Assembly (NCBI GenBank): GCA_002189035.1
Contig: CM007989.1
Span: 3,968,001 to 4,032,000, forward strand
Source: Utricularia gibba
Taxonomy: Eukaryota; Plantae; Magnoliophyta
Reading direction: 5' to 3'
DNA length: 64,000 nt
Shown here: in pieces, positions 37,951 through 51,005 of the stretch
How positions within the stretch are numbered: position 1 is the first letter of the stretch
How the letters are laid out: each line of letters starts with the position of its first letter
Notes under the pieces: generated by a model
What the model saw: only the letters and a program-made list of their open reading frames with translations
Told to the model about the DNA's origin: nothing
Database searches by the model: none
Position numbers and translations under genes: made by a program

Positions 37951-40900
37951 CATCACAATCCAAAAATAAAGTTTGGAAACTTATTTTCTAATGTGACGCC
38001 CACATAAATGTCAAACAAGCGTTGTGATCCCCACGTATCAAATCCTGGATGTGGAAGAATGGAGATGGATCCAAAGAGTGATTCCTATTTGAACACAGAC
38101 TTCAATTCTGTGGCCTGTGTTGTCCAAGCTGTAAGGAGGAAGTAATCTCTCCAAAACTACAAAAACGCCCCATGAGGAATGCAATTTGCAAACTAACCCC
38201 TCCCCGATAATCATCTCTCTTTACAGTTTACCTCTTCCACCCAGAGAAATAGACAAAATATAAATTAAAATCACCCGAGCTATTTGAAATCCGGTTAATA
38301 AAAAAAAAAAAGCGTTTTTTCGGGTGTTAGAATACGGCCGGCACAGAAAAGGTTACGGTGGGCGCATCACATCGGACGGCCCAGAGCATCGGATTCCCCG
38401 AAAGGACAGATTTGCCCCAATCAATGTGCACACGTAAGACGGTAGAGACTGATGATCGATTTTAAAAAGAATTTTTAAAATATGAAAATTTAAACAAATT
38501 TGGGTTTTGTCTGGGAATTGGTTGCAAATTTGAATTTTTTTATTTGGTTTTCATGACAACGAAATTAAGATTTAATAAGCATGGCGTAAGCATGCGGTCC
38601 ACCACACCAGATCGGACACTAAATAAATAAATTAAAAGACCAATTATTAATCAGCGGGGTTGCGTGTGAAAAATGTTGAATGGGTCCCAGAGTTTGTCTA
38701 TTAACAAATCACCCTAAAATTGGTCCTAACATAATTAAAAATTTTAATATAATAATAATTTATGTATATTTCGGAAGTATTTTTTAAAAATGATTATTAT
38801 AGAATAAATTTTGTTCTAGATCTAATGAAAATTGGTTTTTTAGAATTAATAGTATATTTATTAATAAACATATTTTATAAATTTATAAATTATTTATTTG
38901 ATAACAATATTACATGAATCTTTAAATTATGTTTTATTTATATTAAAATAATATGAAAACTAAAATATCCAATAGTTTATTTGAATTGATTGTCACGATG
39001 AACTTATTTAAAAAATTATTTTGATTTTAATTATTTACAAAAGGAAAAAATATAATTATAAATTCAAATTTCAAAATCAATTGTCACATTGAATTTGCCT
39101 TCCTATAATAATGATACAATTAGTGTTTTTAAAACATCAATTCTTGTTGAAAAAAATTTAACATACGTTTGGAAAATAAAATAGAATTGATTTCTAAACT
39201 TTGTTTTAATATCCTTTACATTATGTGGAATGATTTTAAAACTTTGTTTTATCTCACATATAAAAATTTATGGTTAATGATCATCAAAATTTGTACATGT
39301 GTGTATGTGAAAATATAGCCAATTCTCTAAATTACCCTTCTAATCCTTTTTTAGATGCATGCAAGATTTTTAGCCTCAGAATGTTGAAGGAAAATGGCCA
39401 CAAGCGTTTTGGGATTTACATTTTGCTCCCACCTCATCCATCTTTTTGAGAATAGAGAATAAAGAAGGGAACTTTGGGACAATAAAAAGTAAAGATGGAG
39501 GGGAGGAATAAAAGCTAGGGTTAGTTGGATTGATTATTCCTTTAACAACAAGTAGCCTTTTAAAATCATTGTATCCAAATACATTATTAAATCTACAAAT
39601 GGGTTCAAATTTAATTAATATCTTTTTATTATTTTATATATTTCAATTGATTAATTCATTATAAAAAATATTCAATCAAAGTCATGACTAAATTAAAGAA
39701 TGAGTTCAAGTTAATTTCACAAATATGGAAAGAGAGTAGAGTAAGAGGAAGACATCATCTTTTTTTCACACCATGGAAGACTATATATGCAGAGAGTTAG
39801 TATGAATAAGTATTTTCACATTAATTATCATAAATTAATATAAAAAATAGAACTATATCATCATAAATTAACATATATAATCCTTTAACTATTGTCAATA
39901 CATTAGGGATAATTTCATATCTTCATACAAAAAAAATATTTTTTCAATTTATATATCAAAAGTATTATATGTTTAAATTCAAATAAGCTAAACTTATGTA
40001 CTAAACACGATTTATCGTTTAAACATTTAATATGTGTTTATATAAACTTAAATAAAATAAACCCGAGTTATTATCCAGAATACTAATCAAATGACCCAGA
40101 GATAAGCACCATTGCATTTTTTTGCAGCGGGAGTTGGTTTCGCCGAATGAGAACCTTGTTCTCTTATTTTGTGCGGATTGGAATAAAGAACGCCCCCCAC
40201 TGCCATAGTTCCTTCCTTCCCTTCACTCGTCCAAATCCATCATCTAAATTATACTATTTAATTAAATTTAATCTTTAATCACATATTACATATTTAATTA
40301 AATATGAATAATTTAAAATATGTTATTAATTATATTATCTTACTAAACATTTTGTCGCCCAAAATAATTGATGCTTTTTTTTTTCAATCTAGCCAGCGCA
40401 AATTACACATTCTGATTTATTCGTGGGATTACCCCTTTCCAAATGCTTTTTGGAAGTGAGATTGAGCTGAAAAGAAAATTCTAATTTCGGTGGGACATAA
40501 TTTGGAAGAAAGGGATGGTATTACAAAGAAGCAACTGCCATGTGTTTGGTCGGTATTCTTATTCTTCTTCTTCTCCTCCTTTCTTATGTACCAAAATTAG
40601 CACTTATTTAGTAGATTCCCTTACTGTAAAATTTAGAATAATTGCATTAAAGACATCATAAAATATATTTGATTGATAATTTCTACTTATAAATATTTTT
40701 TTACAAAATGATGTAATTAAATAAATAAGATTTAGGATAAAAATTAATAAGTTTTTAGTTTAATAAGGTAATTTTATGTTTCAAATGTCATATAACAATA
40801 TATAAATCAACTCATGCTTCTTAAAAAGATTGATTTACATTACACTTAATTTTAATATCTATCAAACTAGTTATTCCCCATTTTCTAATTACCTTTTTTA

Positions 40901-42127
40901 TTTACTATTTCCTCAAATAGAAAGCTGGATCCAATAGCCAAGCATTATTGAGTACAACACTAGGATGTTCGATCATGTTTTGTATTTTGAATATATTCTT
41001 TAGATTAAGTAAGATAGAATCGGTTATAATTTTACAAAATTGTTTTATAAGATACTATAATATTATATTATAGAACTTAATAAATTAAATTATATATTGT
41101 GAAGTTTAAATTTAATGTAATGATATATTATTTTTAATGTGTATATAAAAAAATGAATAATATATTTTTTGTAGTTAATTTTTTATGTAATCATTAAATG
41201 AAGATCTAATAACTTTAGTAATTTTTAAAGTTAATATTAAAATATGAATTTTGAGTTTACTATAAAACTGATAAATATTAAAATTTATAAAAATTAAAAA
41301 CAATATCATTTAAAAATTATAAAAACTTAACAGCCCCTAACTTAGTATTGAACCCCCTATGGAATACCATTGAATTCATCTTTTATGAGTGCAAAAATTG
41401 AAATAAGCAAGTACTCATCCTATCTAAATTACCCTCCAAAATCAATCAAATACAATTCGATCGGACTCGATTTAAATTGATCGAATTTGAGTTGAATAGA
41501 TCATTATGTACATTTAGTAGAAAACATTTAGGATCATCTTCAGTTGAATAGCAGAAATTAAAAATATACATTAAATCAGTTGATTTTAAAATATTGAACT
41601 AACTTTAAATATCATTTGGGAGGGAGGAGGATGGCCAAGAAGAGAAGAAATGGTTGTCCCATTTGGGTGGGCCCCACATGTGTATGCATTACATGACTTT
41701 GCTTTCATTGATTAATAGATATTAAATAAAATAATAGTAGTGGCACAACATTATTATTAATTTATGGGTCGGTTAGCCGGGCTGTTGTGGAGCGAACCGA
41801 GCCGGGTCCAACCGGAGGGCTTGAACCCCTATCGTCTCTGGGTGGGGCGCGTTGTGCGCCAGTAGTAAATGACCTTTATGCCGGTGTCCACATTTTCTCC
41901 CTAGTCCGCCTTTTTCCAAATAACTATGTCATGAAGATTTTTAATATTTGACAAATATGACGTCATTTATTGCCTGATTTTATTTGGATTTTTTGCGAAA
42001 TTTAAAGTAATATTTATGGATTTTTTTTCTTTCATTTCCCGTTGTGTTTCGGAATTCAAAACGGCGACGTTACACAGTTGGGGAGAGCAGGGTGTATTAG
42101 GAATTAAAAAAAAAAACCAAAATCGAA

Positions 42128-42592
42128 TCAGTCCTCGAACCCGATTTGCTGCCAAACTGCATTCCGAACCCGGCTCAGATCCCGGCCCTTGAGTGTCCGA
42201 CCGGCTCCTTCGTGGACGGAGAAGGAGGCGATCCTGGCCCTCGCCAAAAACTCGTGAGGGGGGATCCGAACGGCGTCGTCTTCCTCGGCGTAGTCCTCGT
42301 CGTAGCTCTCCCGCCGCCGGTTCTCCATATACTCCTCCTTCAGTATCTTCGACCAGTCCGGTACGTTCATCGGAAGCGACGCCGCCCGCCCGATCGGCCC
42401 CGAGGGCGTCGTCCCCTTCCTGTTCCCTCTCGCTGCCGGCCTACGCTTCTCCGGCGACTGCGACAACGCCGCGGCGGAGGCGGCGCCCCAGACCTCGGAC
42501 TCCTCGAGATCGAAGATCAGGGACTCCCCGTGGTCGATCTGGGGGAGGAATCGCCTCCCCGGTGCAGCGAAGTAGGTCCTCGGAGCAGCCAT
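42128..42592 (-). CDS. Senescence regulator S40 / DUF584 family protein, intronless, 154 aa
   Basis: DLEESEVW, AASLPMNVPDWSKIL, RIPPHEFLAR, SFSVHEGAGRTLKGRDLSRVRNAVWQQIGFED signature motifs. Confidence 0.92.
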   Translation of the reverse strand: MAAPRTYFAAPGRRFLPQIDHGESLIFDLEESEVWGAASAAALSQSPEKRRPAARGNRKGTTPSGPIGRAASLPMNVPDWSKILKEEYMENRRRESYDEDYAEEDDAVRIPPHEFLARARIASFSVHEGAGRTLKGRDLSRVRNAVWQQIGFED

Positions 42593-43404
42593 GGATCGGA
42601 GATGTTTTTGTGCGATTTTCTAGTGGCCCAGAAACGGCGAAGTTCGCCCGGCTTTTATAAAGCGTTGTTTTTGTTGCTTCCCTGGCCATCGGATAAGTCC
42701 TCTCCCTTCCCTCCTCTCCTTTCCCTCATTAATTACTTACTTCCGGTGCAGTTGCAGAGCGTACACGAAATGACAACTCTATCCCTACTCCCTTTTGTCG
42801 CTTCCCCGCCCAGGTACACGACGAAATTAGTTAGTTAAATCATCCAAACAAGAAAAAAACAACCATTTCACTCTCACCAAAATAAAAAAATAAATTATTA
42901 TTTCAGTTTTCCGTTTATCCCCGCCACATAAATCCCACCTTGTCGTTTCATCCGTACGCCCCCATCACCAACGACACTCCTCCTCCTACACATAATACAA
43001 AAATAACCACAAATTCGCTCATTTCAAATTTCTTCCTGTTATTTGCTAAGTAAATATTTAAATCGATATTTATTTTCTTCATGGGACAAACCAGTTTTCA
43101 TGACTACACACGACGGACTCTAAACAAGCTTTGAAATATTTGTCATGGACGGTGTGAGCATGGTATATATGAATAATAAACACGCATCACGTGATTCAAT
43201 TTCACCCACCGATTGTCGCACTCGTCCATTCCGTTGCTATGGGCGATATAGGAGGGGATATATGTGACTAGGGAGCACACCTTCATTATTTTTTTTCTGT
43301 AAAATTAAATACTAATTAATAGAACATAAATGTGAAATCCAGTTATTTTGAAAATGTCTCTTGACTAACCACGACCCCCAAAATGTGGCCCAATCACATT
43401 TCTC

Positions 43405-43708
43405 CACGTGCGTTTTAGCAAGAGGCGCGGTTTTGTCTTATTAGGACGCGGATTTTGTCGCCACGCGGTGTCCACCTGGAGCGTGGGCCCACTCCTATCG
43501 CTGGACGTTTAATGCGGCGCCACGTGGAGAGATTGTAGGGTGTCACGTGATGCGGGGCCCGCGCGCCAACTGGATTTCTTACTTTCCGGGAAACACACAA
43601 AGGGGACAGAGGTGGGCCCACATCGTCGTTTTGCGAACAGGTGGAGGAGTACAGCGGGTCAGATTTATCCGCTTCGAATAAAACCTTAACCCTCCCGTGT
43701 GGGCCCAC
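43405..43708. promoter_or_regulatory. G-box/ABRE plus TCP-site cluster about 0.8-1.1 kb upstream of the S40 gene
   Basis: CACGTG at 43405, 43521, 43544; GTGGGCCC(AC) at 43483, 43612, 43699; GC-rich island in AT-rich DNA. Confidence 0.55.
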
Positions 43709-45021
43709 TGTTATTTTATTTGTACGAATATTATTTTTTTATTTGGCTTACGAAGCTTATCCGTTTAATATTTTAGTCGTAGCTTTAAATTCTACATTAT
43801 ATTATTCGTGTCGGAATTTAAATTTATAGACTTTTGTGTCTAAATTAATTTTATATTTCTTGCATTTATAGGCCATACTTTTATATCTATGACTCGTGAG
43901 TTATGCGTTTGGAAGTTGGGCCTAGTGGATTTGGTGGCCCAATTAGGGGATTGGGTCTCTCCAAAATTTGAGAAATTGGACTAGGTTATTGAATTGCAAA
44001 TAGTTTGGAAACAAATTTCATTTTATTAAAATTAATTCTATTCTAAGAAAATTGATTTTTAAAAACTACTTCAATTTTATGAAAAGGTGTTTATCCATAC
44101 TTCTCTTATACGATATTTTTTCTAATAATTTATTTTAATAAATGAATTTAATATTAGATCAATTGGTTAATAAGTAATTACAATTCATGTTATTTTTAAA
44201 TATAAATACTAATTTACATTTTTTATCAAAATTTTATTATATTTATATGAGTTAGGATTTCACAAATTTTTAATAGATAACACAATAACCATTGATTTTT
44301 TTCAGAATTCAATTAAGAATTCATTTATATAAAATATGACTATTAATAAATATAATTAAATATATCATTTAATTATAAAGCTTACTTATTATGTTTTTTT
44401 CATTCTTAACATTAATGAATTTTATAATAATATTTTTTTAAAAAAAATCAAGCATATATTAAATTTATTTTATCAAAATTTTCAATTCTTTTAAAATTAA
44501 TTTTAGAGTAATTTTTCTAAATGTTACTTACATATATAAATTTTGCACATCTATATGTCTATTAATAATTCATAAATATAATGATTCAGAATATCAACTA
44601 TAAAAGAACGTTGAATAGCACTGTTTTCTTTTTGAAAATTTGGCGTGATCACCCAATATAAAATTATGTATATGAAAAATAGAACAAATAGCAGCATTAG
44701 GCATTAGACAACAGTTAATCTTGGATTCTCTGCACACTGAGGTTTCTTCACCTCTTCTGCAACACAGGATGACTTGTGAGCTTTGTCTCTGGACTTTATT
44801 CATGGCATTTTGCTGCATGCCACAGTTTTGATCATTCCCCATTTGGAGGTAAAACCAGGAGCAGAGACTTACGAAAACCAAGGAGATAACTTTGAGGGAA
44901 CAACTTGGAGAAAAGGGCAGCAGCCAAACAATAAGAAATTGGAAACAGAATCAGATTCAAGCTGAATCATGGGCGTTTAGCAGGAACTCAGGCTTACCTC
45001 CTGAGGGAAGCAGATATGTCT

Positions 45022-46209
45022 TCAGCAGCCCATGACAGCACAGTTGTAGACAAAGACGCCGGCGTTCTCCTTCACACCGATTACTTTCCAGTCCATAGTA
45101 CCATTTGTAACTCCTGATTCTGGATGCCAAGATTTTAACACAATAGCTTCGCCTTCTGGGCCGCGTTGTCCACCAACGACGAGGAGAGCATTGCCGCAGG
45201 ACTTGAAAGCGAGGCCCCAACCATTAGAGGAATCAGCTCGGACAGGTAGCCGCCCCAAGTCATCCCATGAGTTCTTTGCCTTGTTGTATATCTTTACCAT
45301 GTTTGTCAAATATTCAACAGCATACAGTCGGTTATTGAGTACTGCTATAAGAGGAGGTGCTTGTGCTGCTCGGTTCACATTTGGATACATGCCTTCGATC
45401 TTCCTCCATTTTCTTGTCTTCAAATCGAACTCTTCTGCACATGTCAAAGAATCAGTTGGACTGGTCATCCCTCCGATCACGTAGAATTTTCCATCCATGA
45501 AAAAACCTGAGCATAGTCTGCGAGGTGAATGCATGTTTGGCAACATCTCCCATTTTCCTGTCAAGGAATTATAAAGCTCAGCGGATTTCAAAACATTCCC
45601 ATTCTCATCACTTCCGCCTGCTACGATAGCAATTGAACCAAGGCTCGATGATGCAAAAAGGCAACGTGGATAGTTCATTCCTTCACACTTCGACCAATCA
45701 CGACGTGTCACGCTATATTTCCAAATGGCGAATTCAAACAGCTCACGCCCAAAAACTAGCAGCTCAGTTCCCACAGATAGGGACTCTTTATCTGCATAGT
45801 TGAAGCAGTCATCACAGGGAATCTTTGGCAACCTCATCCACCTATTCCTGGAGGGGTTAAATGCCTCCCATCCCCTGGGATCACAAACAATATACACCCA
45901 ATGCTCCACGATCTCCAACTGCCTTCTCAGCTCATACAAATATCCACTCTTGATCAGCATATTGAATCTGGTGTTTAAGCATGACAAAGAAGCATAATCT
46001 GATCTGCTTGCTTGGGATAGGCATGTCAGTGCAACATCATCACTCAAACCAGGGAGAAAAGAATCACTTGATCCAAAAATGTGATCATCACCTCCTTCTC
46101 CTCTATATCTCATCATGGTTTTTTCCCTCAAATCACCAGCATCGCCAATCGGATTCCCATCAATTGAAGAAAGCCTAATCCTTTTCATTTTTTTTGATTC
46201 AGAATCCAT
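45022..46209 (-). CDS. F-box/kelch-repeat protein (At5g60570/SKIP11-like clade), intronless CDS, 395 aa
   Basis: [14 protein letters not shown]-box, [55 protein letters not shown], terminal [10 protein letters not shown]. Confidence 0.93.
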   Translation of the reverse strand: MDSESKKMKRIRLSSIDGNPIGDAGDLREKTMMRYRGEGGDDHIFGSSDSFLPGLSDDVALTCLSQASRSDYASLSCLNTRFNMLIKSGYLYELRRQLEIVEHWVYIVCDPRGWEAFNPSRNRWMRLPKIPCDDCFNYADKESLSVGTELLVFGRELFEFAIWKYSVTRRDWSKCEGMNYPRCLFASSSLGSIAIVAGGSDENGNVLKSAELYNSLTGKWEMLPNMHSPRRLCSGFFMDGKFYVIGGMTSPTDSLTCAEEFDLKTRKWRKIEGMYPNVNRAAQAPPLIAVLNNRLYAVEYLTNMVKIYNKAKNSWDDLGRLPVRADSSNGWGLAFKSCGNALLVVGGQRGPEGEAIVLKSWHPESGVTNGTMDWKVIGVKENAGVFVYNCAVMGC

Positions 46210-47184
46210 ATTATTTCCTTGAAAACCAAGGGAACACCATCTCTCATTTAAGTTTGACCCATTCTCTAGCCCCCCCGCCCAATGTAAATTCTAACGCTAT
46301 GTGCTATAAAATATTCATTTCCAGAACACAGTTTCCTATTACATCAAAACAAGGTTATGGATTACACGCATCAATCCAAGAAGTCAAACATTTACCCTCA
46401 AATAAACTGCCCACTCCATTAATCAAAATATCGTCACTTACACTTCCTATCTTCCTTCTTTATTAAAACAAACTTCCTATCCCCCGATCACACAAAAATC
46501 AAAGAAAATCCTTCCCAATCAAATAAAGATTCAAGTTTCATTCCTCATGACCTCTAACTACCCAAATCCACATCCAGAATACCAATCCCTGTTGAAAAAC
46601 ATATCTCACGCATACCGGCCAACCTATTCCATCCGAAAGCACGCAGTTCTCCAAGGAAGCGATTCGGATCCGAAACTCGAGATGATCCGAATCCCAAGAT
46701 TATTCCAACAAGCCTCGCCGGAAATTTCTTCTTCCTCCTCTAATCACGTTTCCGGCGCGATCGGATACGATAAATAGAAGAAGATTCAGTAGATCAAACA
46801 GCCGTGAAGAAAAGACTTCGGCCTTTTACCTTATATATTCCTCTGGAAAATGAGTACTCTTTATAATTACTTTTTTTGGACAATCGGATCCCCATTTTAT
46901 GCCTTTTTGCAATTCGCCCCAAAGTTTAGGCGAAATTAAAGTTTTCCACCTTATTCAAACATCCTCACACATTAGAAGTGTATATGGGTCCGACTCGACG
47001 GACACAGGTCGACCATTCAACATGTTAGATCCATCTCATCAGTTGAATCAAATCATTATATAATTTATATATATCAATATTAATTGGATTTAATTTATAA
47101 GTATTAGATCCAACTAATTATATTGTTCCACTCATTTGATTATTGTGCTATGTTTCAAACCCAACTTATCTAAACTATCAAGTT

Positions 47185-47225
47185 TATGTGTACTATAGAC
47201 CCGTATATGTGTACTATAGACCCGT
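47185..47225. repeat. 21-bp tandem duplication
   Basis: TATGTGTACTATAGACCCGT(A) occurs twice in tandem. Confidence 0.85.
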
Positions 47226-47564
47226 CCCATACTCGTTTTTTACAGTTATGGGTAAGGATCCTAACTTGTGACAGGTCAACTGGTGGATATTTGAGTTTAT
47301 CTATATCCATGATCACTTTAAATCATATGTGATTTAAAATCAACCCTTAAGTGATTATTAGAATAAAATAATCTATATTTTATACTCCAAATTGTCGTGC
47401 TTTTGTACCAAGACCAATTATTGAAATTAATTATTAAAAGTATTATTAATTTATAATAATGCACAATTCATATAAAGATTTTAAAAAATAAAAAATATTG
47501 TATATCTTGATCAATTACATTCGTGTTTGAGTGATTCAAACCAAATGATTGATTCGATTTTAAA

Positions 47565-47704
47565 ATATAAATGGTCCCAATAAATATTATTTATAATAAT
47601 CAATTGGTTTAAAATAACTTATATTTCAGAAAAAAATTTCACAAATAATTTGATTATTCGATATCAATAAATTTTAATCTTTTGTCATTTGGGACCATTT
47701 ATAT
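47565..47704. mobile_element. Small MITE-like foldback
   Basis: Perfect 16-bp inverted repeats ATATAAATGGTCCCAA / TTGGGACCATTTATAT enclosing AT-rich DNA. Confidence 0.55.
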
Positions 47705-48216
47705 AAATCCAAATTTTATTTTATGAAAAAAACTTTTCAAAAAATATAATGAAACAAAACTTGGGATAAAGTAGAAGTAACAAAACTGCCACCTTGGTGG
47801 CCCCTGGACCATAGCAATGAGTTGTTTGGAGACAGATCTGTTGCTGGTAGATGAGAGGCAACGTCCAAACAAGAGGCATGCATTGAAAGTTGGGTGTAGA
47901 AGTTAGCTGTACGCATTATGTGAGTACCAGACAAACAGTGTGGAGTGGAGCGGAGGAGGCACTGAAGAAACTCAAGGCATATGATGCATGTGGGGAGTGC
48001 TCCCCGACCCTGACTGGCGGTAACATTAACTTGGGAATGGGTTTTGTGCCACTTCCCAGGGCTGCTTCTGAATTCTGCAAATGGAAAGCAATTCAAATCA
48101 GCTCAGGGAAGTGTAGCCGAACACTCTGTGCATTGGTTCCCTCCTCCTGGTCTGTGTGGCAACTGGGGTGCGCTATCTGCTCCTCAGGTATCGGGGAAAC
48201 CCGGTGCGGCTGCGGG

Positions 48217-48464
48217 TTATTGTCGGTGTGTAACTCCTTTCTGGCGGCGGCAGCAGCATATGCATGTAGGGATTGGGGCATGATCCCGATGAGCCAGGGA
48301 TGCTTTGCAGCGTCGTTGAGTGAGATGACAGATCTAACAAGTGGATGGTTAAAGGGAGAGAAAAACGATCGCCATATTAGAAGGTTAACCTTTGCAGAGG
48401 AGGCCCTGCAGCAGACCATTCAGAAGAGGGTTCATAGCATGAGTAACAATGTATTATTCACTAT
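48217..48464 (-). pseudogene. GRIK: Relic of the last two exons of a GRIK/SnAK (SnRK1-activating) kinase gene
   Basis: CCTCAG|IVNNTLLL..(frameshift)MNPLLNGLLQGLLCK|D (48464-48390), 56-nt GT..AG intron, then ..ISLNDAAKHPWLI(frameshift)GDHAPIPTCICCCRRQK. Matches the remembered GRIK C-terminus IVNNPL..LNPLLRDLIEGLLCKDP..EHPWVIGEDG..CWCKR; three frameshifts. Confidence 0.8.
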
Positions 48465-49092
48465 CTGAGGAAGGCCACGTTTTGGAGTGAGAGAATCAGG
48501 AAAAACAATGGATGATTCACAATTCTATATTTATTATGTACTTAAATTTCATGTGTGTTCACTCATCTAATCAAATCTTTAATTTCAATAACATGATCAA
48601 CATATCATATACAAGTAATCAAATATTGAAAAGAGTCAAAGAAAAAAGAAAAATAAGAACATAAAGAGTGATCAAGAAAATAGAGAAGAACAAACGCCAT
48701 GCGAGAAGAAGTATTTTATTATATTAATGTCAATGATAATTATTTTTTTTAAAAAAAAATATATTTTCATTTCACATAATTTATTTTAAAAATTTAATTG
48801 GTATTTTTTTATCCAATCGATACAAAGGCTTTTAGGTGGGCCATTTAAAAGGCAGTTGGGCCCAAGGGGAGGGGAAATGCGATACGTAAGCTAAAAAGGC
48901 AACGGATCATCTGGGTCACAAATCTCTTCTTTACATGGGGAGCAAAAAAATAGTTAACCCTGCCATGGCGAGGGAGAAGGGGAACCGCAATTTGGCTTTT
49001 GGTATATAAATTCAGTTGGTGGAAGAGGTTCTGACACGATTCTTTCCTTCACTCGTGGGCTGCGGTGGGGGTGAAGATTCTGGGTCGTGTGG

Positions 49093-50635
49093 ATGGCGAT
49101 TGGGGTTCTTGCTTTGCAGGGGTCTTTCAACGAACACATAGCGGGTAATGGTATGATGTATTTTTGTGGTATTTGCACGTGTTTTTACGTTCTGGGGTTT
49201 GGCGTTTCAGCGTTGAGAAGGGTGGGGGTTAAGGGTTTGGAGATACGGAAGCCGGAGCAGCTAAGTAGCGTGGATGGTCTTATTATTCCCGGAGGTGAAA
49301 GCACGACCATGGCCAAGCTTGCGGAGTATCATAATCTTGTATTTTTCTTTTTAGATATACTCATTCGGCATTGATTTTTATTTATTCCAGGTTGATTTCA
49401 ATAAGAAAGCAGGCGCTTTTCATACGGGGAGTTTTATGTTGTCTTGGTATTGATGGTTTTTGAGTTATGCCTGGCGCTTCTCTTCAATTTTCGATGATAA
49501 GGCCGTGGAGACGGAAATTTTATGCATGCAGACATTTTAATCTACGTGATATATGAAGTTAGGATTTTTGGCTTTTCATGGAGACGGAAGAAGTTTGAAA
49601 TTCTATAAATTTCTTTAATTATTCATGCTTGCTGGAGATGGGGAATAGGGATTGCATAGTACGTCTGCAATTGTGTCTGTGTGTGACAAATTTTCGTCAC
49701 TTCTTTCCTTGGAATGCACAAATACAATGAATATTTGTTTGTGAATGTTTTTTACTTTTGCAGTTTCCAGCCTTGCGTGAATTTGTGAAACTGGGGAAAC
49801 CCATCTGGGGAACTTGTGCTGGCCTTATTTTTTTAGCTGACAAAGCTATTGGTAAGTGCATTTCTCTGGTTCATTTGTGAGCTGCTCAGTATTCATTCTC
49901 AGTATCTATTTTGAACAATAAATAGTACATGTTGCAGGCCAGAAAACTGGTGGGCAGGAACTTGTCGGTGGTCTGAATTGCTTGGTTCATCGAAACTTCT
50001 TCGGTAGTCAGGTATTGTTAAATTTTCTTCATCTTTGTTAATCATGCCTGTGCAACATTATCAAATGCACTTGGCTGTTCCAGCTCCAAAGCTTTGAGGC
50101 GGATATTTCTATCCCTGAGATTGCTGCCACAGAAGGAGGTCCTCCAATTTTCCGTGGTGTGTTCATTCGTGCCCCAGGAATACTTGAAGTCGGTCAGGAA
50201 GTAGAAGTGTTGGCCAAAGTTTCAGTTCCACCCAGAAAAATCGCACCATCTAAACCCTCTTATGTAAATACTGCTCTGTTCTTTCCTTTCCTTATGACGA
50301 AGCTCCATCATCATCACAATCTTGTTCAGGAAAACTCTGGATCTGAGAACGAAGAAGTCATAGTTGCAGTAAAGCAGGGGAACTTGCTAGCAACGGCCTT
50401 CCACCCGGAGCTAACAGCAGATGCGCGATGGTCTGTCTCTGGTTCCTGCCACAAGCATTCTGACTTCGCATGGTTGTACACATGTACTAACAACAATGCA
50501 CTTACACACAGGCACAGCTACTTCCTGAAGATGGTCAAAGAGAGAGGCGAAAATGAATCAGCTGGCAACTCATTGCCTTCTGAAGATCTAAGCTTCACCC
50601 CAGCTAAGTATGATCTTCCCATTTTTCTACACTGA
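49093..50635 (+). CDS. PDX2: Pyridoxal 5'-phosphate synthase glutaminase subunit
   Basis: Exons 49093-49144, 49211-49338, 49764-49851, 49938-50011, 50084-50263, 50330-50430, 50512-50635. [48 protein letters not shown] (catalytic Cys-His-Glu intact). Confidence 0.95.
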
Positions 50636-51005
50636 TCTCAGAGCTGTGAAGATATGGAATTTACTGCACAATTCCTTGGTTGAAGCACCATTCACCTCTT
50701 TGTTAGTCAGTAGCTTCATTTTTTTATTTCAAATTTTTGAAATCAAAATGCTGCAATATTTATAATTATAAATTACATGAACTTGGCCAAGGCCAGTCAC
50801 AAGCACTCGGTAAAACCATTGAAACAAAGGTGGTAAATTATGATGCGTATTTTCGCCATGTCACCTGCATGTGTTGTCAGTCTCCTGCAATCACTATAGC
50901 TGGTCTGAGCCCCACTGACAGTTCACAAGATCCATTCTTCTTTGCGTCGTCCCATTTTAACCTCGGTAACAGTAGTTCCCACTTCTCAGCTCCCTTGATT
51001 TTTTT

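Noticed and set aside
41800-41860. GGGTTCAAGCCC B-box-like hairpin on minus (tRNA/SINE?)
   Set aside because: No convincing A box, acceptor stem or poly(A)/TSD.
42146-42838. Long plus-strand ORFs (230 aa and 155 aa) over the S40 gene
   Set aside because: Antisense shadows of a GC-rich coding sequence, with no domain features.
47890-48468. 192-aa plus-strand ORF
   Set aside because: No recognisable motifs; the region is better explained by the minus-strand GRIK relic.
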